A DNA stretch of 64,000 bases from a bacterium (lineage in GTDB: Bacteria > Patescibacteriota > Minisyncoccia > Moranbacterales > DUUL01). Location: positions 16,175 to 80,174 of the forward strand of contig JABGXP010000018.1 in assembly GCA_018675685.1 (NCBI GenBank). The letters run 5' to 3'. Of this stretch, positions 9,111-18,550 are shown one piece after another. The notes beneath the pieces were generated by a model. That model ran no database searches. It had not been told where the DNA came from and saw nothing but the letters and a program-made list of their open reading frames with translations. Position 1 is the first letter of the stretch. Each line of letters begins with the position of its first letter. The position numbers and the translations under genes were made by a program.

Positions 9111-9959
9111 ATGAGAGGAAAATCGATTGAGATTCTACGTGATGCAATGAGAGGTGATTATGCAGTTGGTGCTTTTAATACATCAAACATGGAATTGACT
9201 CAAGCAATTGTACGTGCGGCAAAACAGGAAGGTCCTTGTATTGTTCAGGCAACAACAAATGGTTTTAAATACGGAAACAGTCAGGTTATGGGTCGATTAG
9301 TAAAAAATATAATTGAGTTTGAATCTGAAAGCGCAAAGATCGGCTTTCATCTAGATCATGGAAAAAGTTTCGATGACATTGTTAGTGCAATTGATGCAGG
9401 AGTTGACTCTGTTATGATTGATGCTTCTTTGATGTCTTTCGAAGACAACATTAAGGTAACAAAGCAAATAGTTGAATACGCACACAAAAACGGTGTAACC
9501 GTACAAGCTGAACTTGGGGCCGTCCCGTATCTTGGGAGGGAAGATCAGGAGATCGATTGGGATTCAGTGATGACAAATCCAGTGCAAGCAAAAGAGCTTG
9601 TTGAAAAAACTGGAATTGACGCTCTAGCAGTTGGAATTGGAAATGCACACGGTTTCTTTAAGGAAAGAGATGTCCCTGATTGGGAGCGTTTAGAAGAAAT
9701 TCGTAGATTACTTCCGGAAACTCCATTAATTATGCACGGAGCTTCTGACTGGGGTGACGTCAATGTGAAAAAAGCAATCGAGGGTGGCGTCTGTTGTTTT
9801 AATATAGATACTGACATCAGGGTTGCTTTCTTGAGCACAATTTGTCACGAAACTGGCAATGGGTGCAATGTGACTGATCCAAGGAAGCTCCTAGGCTTAG
9901 CGAGAGATAAGGTTCAATCTGTTGTGCAAGGTAAAATCAGAATGTTTAGCGGAAAATAA
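9111..9959 (+). CDS. fba: Fructose-bisphosphate aldolase, class II
   Basis: HLDHG, NIDTD and the metal-binding His pattern of class II FBA. Confidence 0.9.
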   Translation: MRGKSIEILRDAMRGDYAVGAFNTSNMELTQAIVRAAKQEGPCIVQATTNGFKYGNSQVMGRLVKNIIEFESESAKIGFHLDHGKSFDDIVSAIDAGVDSVMIDASLMSFEDNIKVTKQIVEYAHKNGVTVQAELGAVPYLGREDQEIDWDSVMTNPVQAKELVEKTGIDALAVGIGNAHGFFKERDVPDWERLEEIRRLLPETPLIMHGASDWGDVNVKKAIEGGVCCFNIDTDIRVAFLSTICHETGNGCNVTDPRKLLGLARDKVQSVVQGKIRMFSGK

Positions 9960-10244
9960 CCCTTGTTTTTTTAAGGGAGTATTTTAGTCTAAAAAGTTAA
10001 AAGTTAAAGCAAGAGTTTTGACTTTTTTACTAAAAACATGTAATGTTAGGGAATGAGAAAGTAATTTTTCATTTGAAAGTTAACTAGATAAAGCACAGCG
10101 AATAGTTGCAATCTGGAGCAAGCAAAGAATATGAAAACGAATAGCGAAAAACATATCATATCTATTAGAAGTCTCTTTATACATAAAACCTGCCCAAAAA
10201 AGGGACAGGAAGTTTTAATCTTGCAGCAATTCGTGTAAAAAATT

Positions 10245-11762
10245 ATGGAAATTGTGATTGGCCTGTTGGCACTTGCTTTGGGCTCTTCGGGTGGTTATTT
10301 TGCGAGAAAAGTTATCGCAAAAAACCAAGCTGGAACTGCTGAAGCAAAAGCTGTTAGAATTCTTGAAGACGCTAAAATCGAAGCTAAGAAACACTTAGTT
10401 GATGCAAAAAACAAAGCCGTCGAAGATCTTGAGGAAGTTAAAAAAGAAGAAAAAAAACAACGAGAAGTTCTGCGAAATGTTGAGCATCGTTTAGACGTCA
10501 AAGAACAAAAAATTGACAGCAGAATCTCTCAGGTTGAAAAAGAAAAGAGAACCTTGGAAAACAAGGCAAACGAAATCAGAAAAGTCAGAGAAGAAGTTTT
10601 GAGAGTAAAAGAACAGCAAGTTGAGCGCTTAGAACGTATTGCTGAAATGAAGAAAGAGGACGCTAAAAAGGTCTTGCTTTCGCTTGCAGAAAAAGACAAT
10701 AAAGACGAGATTGTCAGAAAGATTAGCACCCTGGAGAGAGAAAAAAAGGAGGAGATAGAAGGAGAGGCAAAAGATTTAATGGCAATAGCCATGCAACGCT
10801 ATGCTGGATCTCACGCCACCGACACAACAACTACCACAATCTCAATCCCTTCTGATGAGATGAAAGGAAGAATTATTGGTCGTGAAGGTCGAAACATCAA
10901 AGCTCTTGAGCGTTTAACCGGAGCTGAAATTATTGTTGACGATACTCCAGAGGCGATTGTAATTTCTGGATTTGATCCTATTCGAAGAGAAACGGCTAAA
11001 ATTGCCCTTGGAAAGCTTATTGAGGATGGTAGAATTCATCCAGCTAAAATCGAAGAGTCTGTTGAAAAAGCTCGAGAAGAGCTAAATAGAAGAATTAAAG
11101 AAGCAGGAGAGGCAGCTGTCTATGATGTTGGAATCCCAGGACTTGAAAATAAACTTTCTCAATTACTGGGACGTCTGAAATACCGAACAAGTTATGGGCA
11201 GAATGTGCTATTGCATTCATTGGAGGTCGCACATATTTCAGGAGTTTTGGCTGCTGAATTGGGATTAGATTCTGCTATTGCTAAAAAAGCAGGGCTCTTG
11301 CATGACATTGGGAAGTCAGTTGATCATGAAGTTCAGGGAACGCACGTTGAGATCGGAGCTAATATTCTAGAGAAATTTAAACAGTCTAAACAAATTATTG
11401 ACGCAGTTAAGTCTCATCACGAAGACTATCCGTTTAGAGACAATTATGGTCTTATTATTGCTGCTGCAGATGCCCTTAGTGCTTCTCGCCCAGGTGCAAG
11501 AAAAGATACACTAGAGAATTATCTGAAGCGCTTAAGAGAATTAGAAGAGGTAGTACTTTCTTTTGGAGAAGTTGATAAGTGCTATGCTATTCAAGCAGGG
11601 AGGGAAGTCCGTGTGTTTGTAAACCCAGAAAAAATTGGAGACCTAGATTCCCTTAAATTAGCCAAAAAAATAGCGCAAAAGATAGAAGAGGATCTTAATT
11701 ATCCAGGCGAAATAAAAATTAATGTCTTGAGAGAAACGCGTTCAGTTGAATATGCTAGATAA
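10245..11762 (+). CDS. rny: Ribonuclease Y
   Basis: N-terminal TM helix, coiled coil, KH domain (GRIIGREGRNIKALE) and HD domain (HSLEVAHISG...LLHDIGK). Confidence 0.92.
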   Translation: MEIVIGLLALALGSSGGYFARKVIAKNQAGTAEAKAVRILEDAKIEAKKHLVDAKNKAVEDLEEVKKEEKKQREVLRNVEHRLDVKEQKIDSRISQVEKEKRTLENKANEIRKVREEVLRVKEQQVERLERIAEMKKEDAKKVLLSLAEKDNKDEIVRKISTLEREKKEEIEGEAKDLMAIAMQRYAGSHATDTTTTTISIPSDEMKGRIIGREGRNIKALERLTGAEIIVDDTPEAIVISGFDPIRRETAKIALGKLIEDGRIHPAKIEESVEKAREELNRRIKEAGEAAVYDVGIPGLENKLSQLLGRLKYRTSYGQNVLLHSLEVAHISGVLAAELGLDSAIAKKAGLLHDIGKSVDHEVQGTHVEIGANILEKFKQSKQIIDAVKSHHEDYPFRDNYGLIIAAADALSASRPGARKDTLENYLKRLRELEEVVLSFGEVDKCYAIQAGREVRVFVNPEKIGDLDSLKLAKKIAQKIEEDLNYPGEIKINVLRETRSVEYAR

Positions 11763-11887
11763 GAAAAAATTTGATTTTTTTCTAACTATTGCCTAGAATA
11801 GGGGAAATGATGTAGAATACATTAAGAGACCAAAAAAATATTCAATTTTAATAAAAAATAACTAACAACTAGAATGGAGGTGAAACT

Positions 11888-12163
11888 ATGAACAAAAGCG
11901 CAGTAGTAGATGCAGTTGCAGCAAAAACTGGACAAAGTAAGAAAGACACTGAAATGGTAATTGAAGCAGTCTTGGATACAATCAAAGATTCACTTCAAAG
12001 AGAAGATACAGTAGCTTTCACAGGATTCGGAACTTTCTCAGTTTCTCACAGAGCAGCAAGAGAAGGAATCAATCCTGCTACAAGAGAAAAGATCCAAATT
12101 CCTGCAGTTAAAGTCCCTAAATTTAAGGCTGGAAAAGGTCTTAAGGACGCAGTTAGAGGATAA
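11888..12163 (+). CDS. hup: DNA-binding protein HU
   Basis: MNKS..VDAVA...GFGTFSV..RAAREGINP.T.E.I.IPA is the HU fold. A strong GGAGGTG RBS precedes it. Confidence 0.92.
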   Translation: MNKSAVVDAVAAKTGQSKKDTEMVIEAVLDTIKDSLQREDTVAFTGFGTFSVSHRAAREGINPATREKIQIPAVKVPKFKAGKGLKDAVRG

Positions 12164-12187
12164 TTTTCTTTATCCACTTTAAAACAA

Positions 12188-12216
12188 AGCCGCCCCTTGG
12201 GCGGTTTTGTTTGTTT
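12188..12216 (+). terminator. Intrinsic terminator after hup
   Basis: GC stem ccgcc(c)...gggcgg followed by ttttgtttgttt. Confidence 0.7.
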
Positions 12217-12372
12217 ATAGGTGTAAAAAGGCCTTTTTAAGAAAGATTGTTTGAATGGTTTGATGTATGTGTCCAAAAAGCTTTCTAGCGCTTTTAAGCG
12301 ACAGTTTTAGTGTTTTACATATTGCTTAAAATCCAGTATAATAAATACAAAGAAAATAAGCCTCACAACAAA

Positions 12373-12846
12373 ATGAAAACAAAAACAAAAAAAATTGAAT
12401 TTAAAGCTGAAAAGAAAATTGAAAAAATTGAATTTACAACTGAAAAACAAGTTGATTTTCTTGATGTCACTGATCGTATAGAAGAGTTTATTGAGAGTAC
12501 GGGAATTAAGGATGGATTAGTAAATGTTTTTTCTCCGCACACAACATCTTCAATAATAATCAATCATAACGAGGAAATGTTGAAACAGGATCTAATGAGG
12601 GTTCTATACAAACTTATCCCAGTCGACGAAAGGTATGCACATGACATGTTTGAGCTTACAAATAAGACAAAATCTGATGGACGTAGTAATGGACATAGTC
12701 ATTGTAAGGTGATGTTGCTGGGCTCTAGCGAGTCAATCCCTCTGGAAGACGGCGCTATGTTGCTAGGGGAAAAACAAAGTATTTTCTTTGTTGAACTAGA
12801 CGGGGCCAGAAAAAGATCTTTTTATGTACAAGTACTAGGTGGTTAG
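12373..12846 (+). CDS. YjbQ/UPF0047 family protein
   Basis: HTTSSIIINHNEE...HSHCKVMLLGSSESIPLEDGAMLLGEKQSIFFVE matches the YjbQ signature. I chose the start at MKTKTKK; the track ORF begins 63 nt earlier. Confidence 0.75.
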   Translation: MKTKTKKIEFKAEKKIEKIEFTTEKQVDFLDVTDRIEEFIESTGIKDGLVNVFSPHTTSSIIINHNEEMLKQDLMRVLYKLIPVDERYAHDMFELTNKTKSDGRSNGHSHCKVMLLGSSESIPLEDGAMLLGEKQSIFFVELDGARKRSFYVQVLGG

Positions 12847-12980
12847 CCTCGACGGATAAAGGATAAACATTTGACAATTTTTGGTTATCGTGTTATTATG
12901 TTTTTACGTATTAAATGGCATATAATTCTGTGCCTTGAAATGCTTTACACAAGCGATAACTACTAAATTTTTTGCGTTAT

Positions 12981-14051
12981 ATGAGCAAAGGAATACTTTC
13001 GAGTTTTGTTTTAAATAAGGTTGCAAAAAACCTCTTAGATATTTTAAAAGAAAGACCTCGTAAAATTATTATCAAGAGATTTGGGTTGGACGGGCAAGAC
13101 CCGAGAGTTTTGGGTAGCATTGGGGATGAATTTGGTATCACAAGGGAGAGAGTCAGGCAAATTGAAGGGGACAGTTTTAAAAAGCTTCAAGTCGTCAAGA
13201 AGGAAAGTGATTTTACAGCATTAATCGATGCTGCTATTGAAGTTATTGAAGAAAATGGAGGCTTTTGTGAGAAGAAAAAATTAAAAGAAACATTGAAAGG
13301 AGATATAACTAAGAAAGAAAGAAATCAAGTTATGTTCCTTTTGAATAGCTCAAAGAGATTGAAGTTTAAAAAAGGTAAGTTGAGCATGAGTGGTTTTTGG
13401 TTTTTAAAAGGTGATAAAGTGGATAAAAAAATTCTTAAAATTCACAGTGCGGTTGTTAAATTTATCAAAGCTCAAAGAAGCCCATCTCTTTTTGAGGATA
13501 TTCTTTCAGAATTTAGGAATTCAGAATTTAGTGAATTTTTCACAGGAGAGGTTGGTTTAAAAAGAATGCGAATGATTCTAGAGATGAGTAGATTGGTGAA
13601 TAAAAATATTCTTGAAGAATGGGGAATGAAGAATTGGAAGATTATCTCTGAACGAGGAGCTAGAGAAAAAGCTTTCTTAGTATTAAGAAAACATGAAGAG
13701 CCGTTACATTTCAGAAAAATTACAGATCATATAAATGATTACTGGGGAGATAAAAAAGAAGCTCTTCCACAAACAGTGCATAATGAATTGATCAAAGACG
13801 ATAGATTTGTTTTGGTGGGGAGAGGTATCTATGGTTTGAACGATTGGGGATTCCCCGAAGGGACTGTTAAGGAGGTAATGTTCTCTTTTCTAAATGACAA
13901 TGATAAACCTTTAGACAAAGAGTTGATTATTAAGTATGTGCTTTCAAAAAAACAAGTGAAAGAAACCACAGTCAAGGTTACATTGGCTGATCGAGGAATT
14001 TTCGACAAAACAGAAGATGGAAAATTCACTTTGAAAAAGCAAGGCACTTAG
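12981..14051 (+). CDS. Hypothetical protein with an N-terminal sigma-70 region-4-like HTH and no other sigma regions
   Basis: IIIKRFGLDGQDPRVLGSIGDEFGITRERVRQIEGDSFKKLQ is a textbook sigma-70 region 4.2 helix-turn-helix. The remaining roughly 290 aa are unrecognised. Confidence 0.6.
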   Translation: MSKGILSSFVLNKVAKNLLDILKERPRKIIIKRFGLDGQDPRVLGSIGDEFGITRERVRQIEGDSFKKLQVVKKESDFTALIDAAIEVIEENGGFCEKKKLKETLKGDITKKERNQVMFLLNSSKRLKFKKGKLSMSGFWFLKGDKVDKKILKIHSAVVKFIKAQRSPSLFEDILSEFRNSEFSEFFTGEVGLKRMRMILEMSRLVNKNILEEWGMKNWKIISERGAREKAFLVLRKHEEPLHFRKITDHINDYWGDKKEALPQTVHNELIKDDRFVLVGRGIYGLNDWGFPEGTVKEVMFSFLNDNDKPLDKELIIKYVLSKKQVKETTVKVTLADRGIFDKTEDGKFTLKKQGT

Positions 14052-14108
14052 TATTAAAAATTGAAATTGTGGTATTGAATAGTCTGAAATTATCAGAAAT
14101 AAAAATAA

Positions 14109-15509
14109 ATGCTACTTAAAAATACAGATCCGAGACATAAAACAACGATCATTCTAGGCGGTATAACCGTTTTGCTTTTGATTTTAGTTATCACGATGAT
14201 GTTCATTAATGGGGACATTGTCTTTTTTTCTGTCTTGCAAGATACATTTAAAAACTTATGGTGGGTTATTTTGCCAATTCCAGTTTGGAAGATTTTCTAT
14301 TTAGTTTGGGAAGAGTATATTGATTTAATGTGGGCAGTTGCAACGCCGCGTATAACACTAGAAATCATCCCTCCTGCTGACACAGAGAAAGGTCCCAAGA
14401 TCATGGAGCAAATATTTCATGGGCTTCATACACAGTCTAGTTTAAACAAATTTGAAATATATTGTGGGTGGCGAACCAATCAAGACAAGTTTTCTTTTGA
14501 AATAGCCTCACATGAAGGTAGCGTGCATTTTTATATCAATTGCCCAGCTACCACTAGAAACAACGTTGAGGCCCAAATTTACGCACAATACCCTGATACT
14601 GAGATATTCCAAGTAGAAGATTATGTTTGGTCTCATACACCAAAAAATTTGCCCAATGTTGAATGGGATGTTTGGGGAACAACATTAAAATTAGTTAGCG
14701 AAGACCAGTTGCCAATTAGAACCCACAAACATTTCAAGGAGGAAATAACAGGCGTTATGATTGATCCTTTATCTTCACTCACTGAAGTTATGAGTGCAAT
14801 AGGTAAGGATCAACATGTTTGGTTCCAGATAGTCTTTACTCCATTGCATGAAAGAGATTGGCACCCCCAGAGCATGGATTATATAAACAAACTCATTGGA
14901 AAGGGTGAGAGCGAAAAAACAAAAAAAAGCTTTTTTGGATATTTGGGAGAATTCTTTGTTCTACCTGGGAACATCCTTCGCGGAATGTTGGTTGAAGAAG
15001 CAGAACTGATAGCTCCTGAGATGGGCTCAACTGAGGAAATTGTGAAAAATGATTTTAATATTAATAAACTTTCTCCGGATGAGCAAGAGAGAGTGAAAGC
15101 GGTATATGAAAATATTTCAAAAATTGCTTTTGGCACTACAATGAGATTTGTTTATACCGGAAAGAGGGATGGTTTTAACAAAGCGCTCGGTGTCGCGGGT
15201 GTTATGGGTGCTATTAAACAATTTGGCGACACAAACTTAAATGCATTATACCCAGATCCACGTTCCAAAACCTTTGCACTTTATGGTTTTACTGATTCAA
15301 GACTGGCCTTTAGACAAAGAAGAGTGGTTCAAAATTTCAGAGACAGAAGTTTCTCTCAAGGAAAATTTGTTTTTAATATTGAGGAACTGGCAACAGTGTA
15401 TCACTTTCCAGATATGTCAGTTAAGTCGCCTAATGTTTCGAGAGTGGATGCTAAAAAGGGAAGTGCTCCAGCTAATTTGCCAATTGAATTTGAGTCATCA
15501 TTGCAATAA
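14109..15509 (+). CDS. Hypothetical membrane-anchored protein (2-3 N-terminal TM helices plus a roughly 380 aa soluble domain)
   Basis: Hydrophobic N-terminus TTIILGGITVLLLILVITMMF / WWVILPIPVWKIFYLVW. No known domain. It ends 72 nt before the ATPase gene. Confidence 0.55.
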   Translation: MLLKNTDPRHKTTIILGGITVLLLILVITMMFINGDIVFFSVLQDTFKNLWWVILPIPVWKIFYLVWEEYIDLMWAVATPRITLEIIPPADTEKGPKIMEQIFHGLHTQSSLNKFEIYCGWRTNQDKFSFEIASHEGSVHFYINCPATTRNNVEAQIYAQYPDTEIFQVEDYVWSHTPKNLPNVEWDVWGTTLKLVSEDQLPIRTHKHFKEEITGVMIDPLSSLTEVMSAIGKDQHVWFQIVFTPLHERDWHPQSMDYINKLIGKGESEKTKKSFFGYLGEFFVLPGNILRGMLVEEAELIAPEMGSTEEIVKNDFNINKLSPDEQERVKAVYENISKIAFGTTMRFVYTGKRDGFNKALGVAGVMGAIKQFGDTNLNALYPDPRSKTFALYGFTDSRLAFRQRRVVQNFRDRSFSQGKFVFNIEELATVYHFPDMSVKSPNVSRVDAKKGSAPANLPIEFESSLQ

Positions 15510-15581
15510 TGAAAGTATTGTATTATAATAACGCAATGTATTTTTTCAAAAAAGCCAAGAAAATCAAGCAAAATAAACAAG

Positions 15582-17387
15582 ATGGATAAATTCGAAAATA
15601 AGGAAATTAATTTTTTTGCTAAAACTAATTACCGCAATAAACAAAATGCCTTTGGAATCAAAACCGATGACAGACGTAGGCATATGTATGTCATTGGAAA
15701 GACTGGTATGGGGAAAACTACTCTGATCCAGAACATGGCTATTCAGGACATTAGAAATGGAAAAGGAATGGCTGTTATTGATCCGCATGGTGAGTTTGCT
15801 GAGGATTGTTTGGAAGCTGTGCCAGCGCATCGTATTAATGATGTTATTTATTTCAATCCTGCTGACTTAAAAAATCCTGTCGCATTAAATGTACTCGAGT
15901 GTCAAGATCAAGAATTCAGACACTTAATTGCTTCTGGACTGGTTGGTGTTTTTAAGAAAATATGGGCTGACTCTTGGGGGCCAAGACTGGAATATATCCT
16001 TAGAAATGCGATCTTAGCGCTCTTAGAAGATCCAGACTCAACACTATTAGGAGTAACAAGAATTCTGATTGATAAGGAATACCGAGCTAGGGTTATGGAA
16101 CATGTAACAGATCCACTAGTTAGGTCATTTTGGGAGGATGAATTTTCAAAATATAACGATAGAATGCTTACAGAGGCAATATCTCCTATTCAAAACAAGG
16201 TCGGACAGTTTCTTTCAACGACCCTTATCAGAAACATCGTTGGTCAAACAAAATCAGCTTTTGATGTTCGGAAGGCAATGGATGAAGAGAAAATTCTAAT
16301 CATGAACCTTGCTAAGGGTAGAATTGGAGAAGACAACAGTGCACTTTTAGGAGCAATGATGATTACAAAGATTCAACTTGCAGCAATGTCTAGAGTAGAT
16401 ATTGAAGAGGGCAAGAGGAAGGATTTTTATCTATATGTCGATGAGTTTCAAAATTTTGCAACAGAATCATTTGCAGGAATTCTTTCAGAGGCTCGAAAAT
16501 ATAGGTTGAATCTTATCTTAGCTCATCAATATATTGCTCAATTAGAAGAATCTGTAAAAGATGCAGTATTTGGAAATGTAGGGACAATAGCATCCTTTAG
16601 AATTGGTGCTATGGACTCCGAAACCCTAGAGAAGGAATTTGAGCCAGTGTTTTTTGCTAATGACTTAGTAAATCTGAATAAGTATCATGTATACTTAAAG
16701 TTAATGATTGATGGAGTGGCCACTAGTCCTTTTTCAGCAGCATCTTTGGAGCCTATTGATATGGAGGAGACATCCAAGAGTCTTGAGAAGATCATACAAG
16801 CCTCCAGGGAGCGATATTCTTCAGAGAGAGGCGAAGTTGAAGACAATATTATGAAATGGAGTGGCATGGTTAAGCCTGAAGTTAAGAACCGCATTTCTGC
16901 GTTGGCGCAAGGAAAAGAAACAAAAATTCCTCCTATAAACAAAAAGCAAGTCAATGTTAATCAAGTAAAAACGGACGCCTCAAGTATTCACAAAAAAGGA
17001 GTCGACTCGTCTGCGCAGGAAGATGACAGAGAGTTGTTTTCAACAAAATGTTGGGGTTGCGGAGTTATTACCAAAATACCTTTTAAGCCAGATGGAAAGA
17101 GACCAATTTTCTGCAAAGATTGTTTAAAAAATTACAGGAGAGAGCAATCTAAGCTGCAAAAGCAATTGGTTGATAGTGAAGTATCACCTGCCTTAGAAGA
17201 TAATTTGGCTAAAGAAGAGAAAGTCCAATCTTCGAAAACAGAAAAACCTTTTGCTCAAGCTTTTGAAAAACTATCTGAAGAAAAAGAAGGTTTAGGTAAA
17301 AAGAAAGAGAGTTCTTCCGAAAAACCTCAAATTGACACAAAAGGCTTGAGGGATATGATATCAAGTGCACTAAAAACTGAAAAATAG
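15582..17387 (+). CDS. TraG/VirD4/TrwB-type (type IV coupling protein-like) P-loop ATPase, soluble, with a C-terminal CxxC...CxxC zinc ribbon and a K/E tail
   Basis: Walker A VIGKTGMGKTT, VIDPHGEF, Walker B/DEF region YLYVDEFQNFA and the TraG-D_C-like LILAHQYIAQLEE...NVGTIASFRIGAMDSETLEKEF. It has no TM segment. The C-terminus reads CWGCGVITKIPFKPDGKRPIFCKDC. Confidence 0.7.
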   Translation: MDKFENKEINFFAKTNYRNKQNAFGIKTDDRRRHMYVIGKTGMGKTTLIQNMAIQDIRNGKGMAVIDPHGEFAEDCLEAVPAHRINDVIYFNPADLKNPVALNVLECQDQEFRHLIASGLVGVFKKIWADSWGPRLEYILRNAILALLEDPDSTLLGVTRILIDKEYRARVMEHVTDPLVRSFWEDEFSKYNDRMLTEAISPIQNKVGQFLSTTLIRNIVGQTKSAFDVRKAMDEEKILIMNLAKGRIGEDNSALLGAMMITKIQLAAMSRVDIEEGKRKDFYLYVDEFQNFATESFAGILSEARKYRLNLILAHQYIAQLEESVKDAVFGNVGTIASFRIGAMDSETLEKEFEPVFFANDLVNLNKYHVYLKLMIDGVATSPFSAASLEPIDMEETSKSLEKIIQASRERYSSERGEVEDNIMKWSGMVKPEVKNRISALAQGKETKIPPINKKQVNVNQVKTDASSIHKKGVDSSAQEDDRELFSTKCWGCGVITKIPFKPDGKRPIFCKDCLKNYRREQSKLQKQLVDSEVSPALEDNLAKEEKVQSSKTEKPFAQAFEKLSEEKEGLGKKKESSSEKPQIDTKGLRDMISSALKTEK

Positions 17388-17502
17388 AAAGTTAGGCTAT
17401 GGTAAAGTGCTGGACAAAATTTAAAAAGCATGCTATACAGGATGAAAAGGTGGTTTTTTTTGTCGTTGAAGTTGAACCATTTATATTTTAAGTGACTCTA
17501 CT

Positions 17503-18261
17503 ATGTTGAATAAGGAATTAGAAAAATTAGGTCTTTCTGAAAAGGAGACAAGTGTTTATTTAGCCGCTATTCAAACGGGTCCTTCATCTGTGCAAAAAAT
17601 TTCTCAAAAATCTAAAGTTAACAGAGCAACGACATATGTTATCATAGAGAGTTTGATAGAAATGGGCATGATGTCAACCTATGACGAAGGGAAAAAGACT
17701 TTCTATGTCGCCGAAAAACCACAAAGGTTAGTGGAACATTTCTCCGAGAAGGAGAAAGCCATTCATAAAAAAATTGATAAATTGAAGGGGATTATCCCAG
17801 AACTAGATTTATTGTATAATGATTATAGTGATAAACCGAGGATTAGATATTTTGAAGGAGTCGATGGTCTTCGAGCTGTTTACAATGATTTTGTTGATAG
17901 TCTAAAGGAAAATGAAACTATCTACACCTTTCTTCCGTATGATGAGTTCTATAATTCGGTTTTGAAAGATAGCCTAAAAGGTGCTAGACAGAGAAGACTC
18001 GCGAAGAACATTGATACGAAAATAATTTACACTTCAGAAGAGGGAAGAAAAATTAGTTATGAAGTGCAGAGTAGGAAAAAAGGAAAAGAATGTTTGTTTG
18101 TTTCTTTTGAAAAATATCCTTTCAAAGGAGGTATGAATGTCTACGGCAACAAAGTTTTTATGATTGATTATTCAGGTAAGTTAGGTGGGGTGGTTATCGA
18201 AAATCAGACTTTAGCTGATATGTTGAAAATCTTCTTTAATATTATTTGGGATAAAAGATAA
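17503..18261 (+). CDS. TrmB-family transcriptional regulator
   Basis: N-terminal HTH LEKLGLSEKETSVYLAAIQTGPSSVQKISQKSKVNRATTY typical of TrmB-like regulators. Confidence 0.7.
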   Translation: MLNKELEKLGLSEKETSVYLAAIQTGPSSVQKISQKSKVNRATTYVIIESLIEMGMMSTYDEGKKTFYVAEKPQRLVEHFSEKEKAIHKKIDKLKGIIPELDLLYNDYSDKPRIRYFEGVDGLRAVYNDFVDSLKENETIYTFLPYDEFYNSVLKDSLKGARQRRLAKNIDTKIIYTSEEGRKISYEVQSRKKGKECLFVSFEKYPFKGGMNVYGNKVFMIDYSGKLGGVVIENQTLADMLKIFFNIIWDKR

Positions 18262-18372
18262 TAGATCCTCTCTAGAGAATTTGCTTGGCCAATTTAAAAT
18301 TAGATTTTATTTAAATCAAATTTTAAATTGGCTGGGAAAATGTCAAAAATGACGCAAAGGAGGAAATTATGG

Positions 18373-18459
18373 ATGGCGACTAACAGTTCATTGGACGAAG
18401 AAACAACAGGAAAGAGTGGAGCTGAGACGCTTCAAAACCCTAACCAACGACGGTAGCTT
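18373..18459 (+). CDS. Candidate 27-aa small ORF (MATNSSLDEETTGKSGAETLQNPNQRR) with a consensus SD
   Basis: AGGAGG sits 9 nt upstream of the ATG. The stop overlaps a strong terminator hairpin. It is below the ORF-track size cutoff and may instead be a leader or sRNA. Confidence 0.3.
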
Positions 18460-18490
18460 GTTAGCAAACAAGCTGCCGTCGAATTTTTTT
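18452..18490 (+). terminator. Intrinsic terminator (perfect 13-bp stem)
   Basis: gacggtagcttgtt-agc-aaacaagctgccgtc followed by gaattttttt. Confidence 0.8.
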
Positions 18491-18550
18491 ATAAAAGTTC
18501 TAATAAGTTTGCTATAATAATGTTAATAATAGTTTTTAACAAGATCTAAG

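Noticed and set aside
12981-17387. Whether the T4CP-like block is an integrative conjugative element or prophage.
   Set aside because: No integrase, relaxase, VirB4/VirB6, repeats or tRNA flank it. It sits between core genes (hup, yjbQ and trmB, mnmA). I have not called a mobile element.
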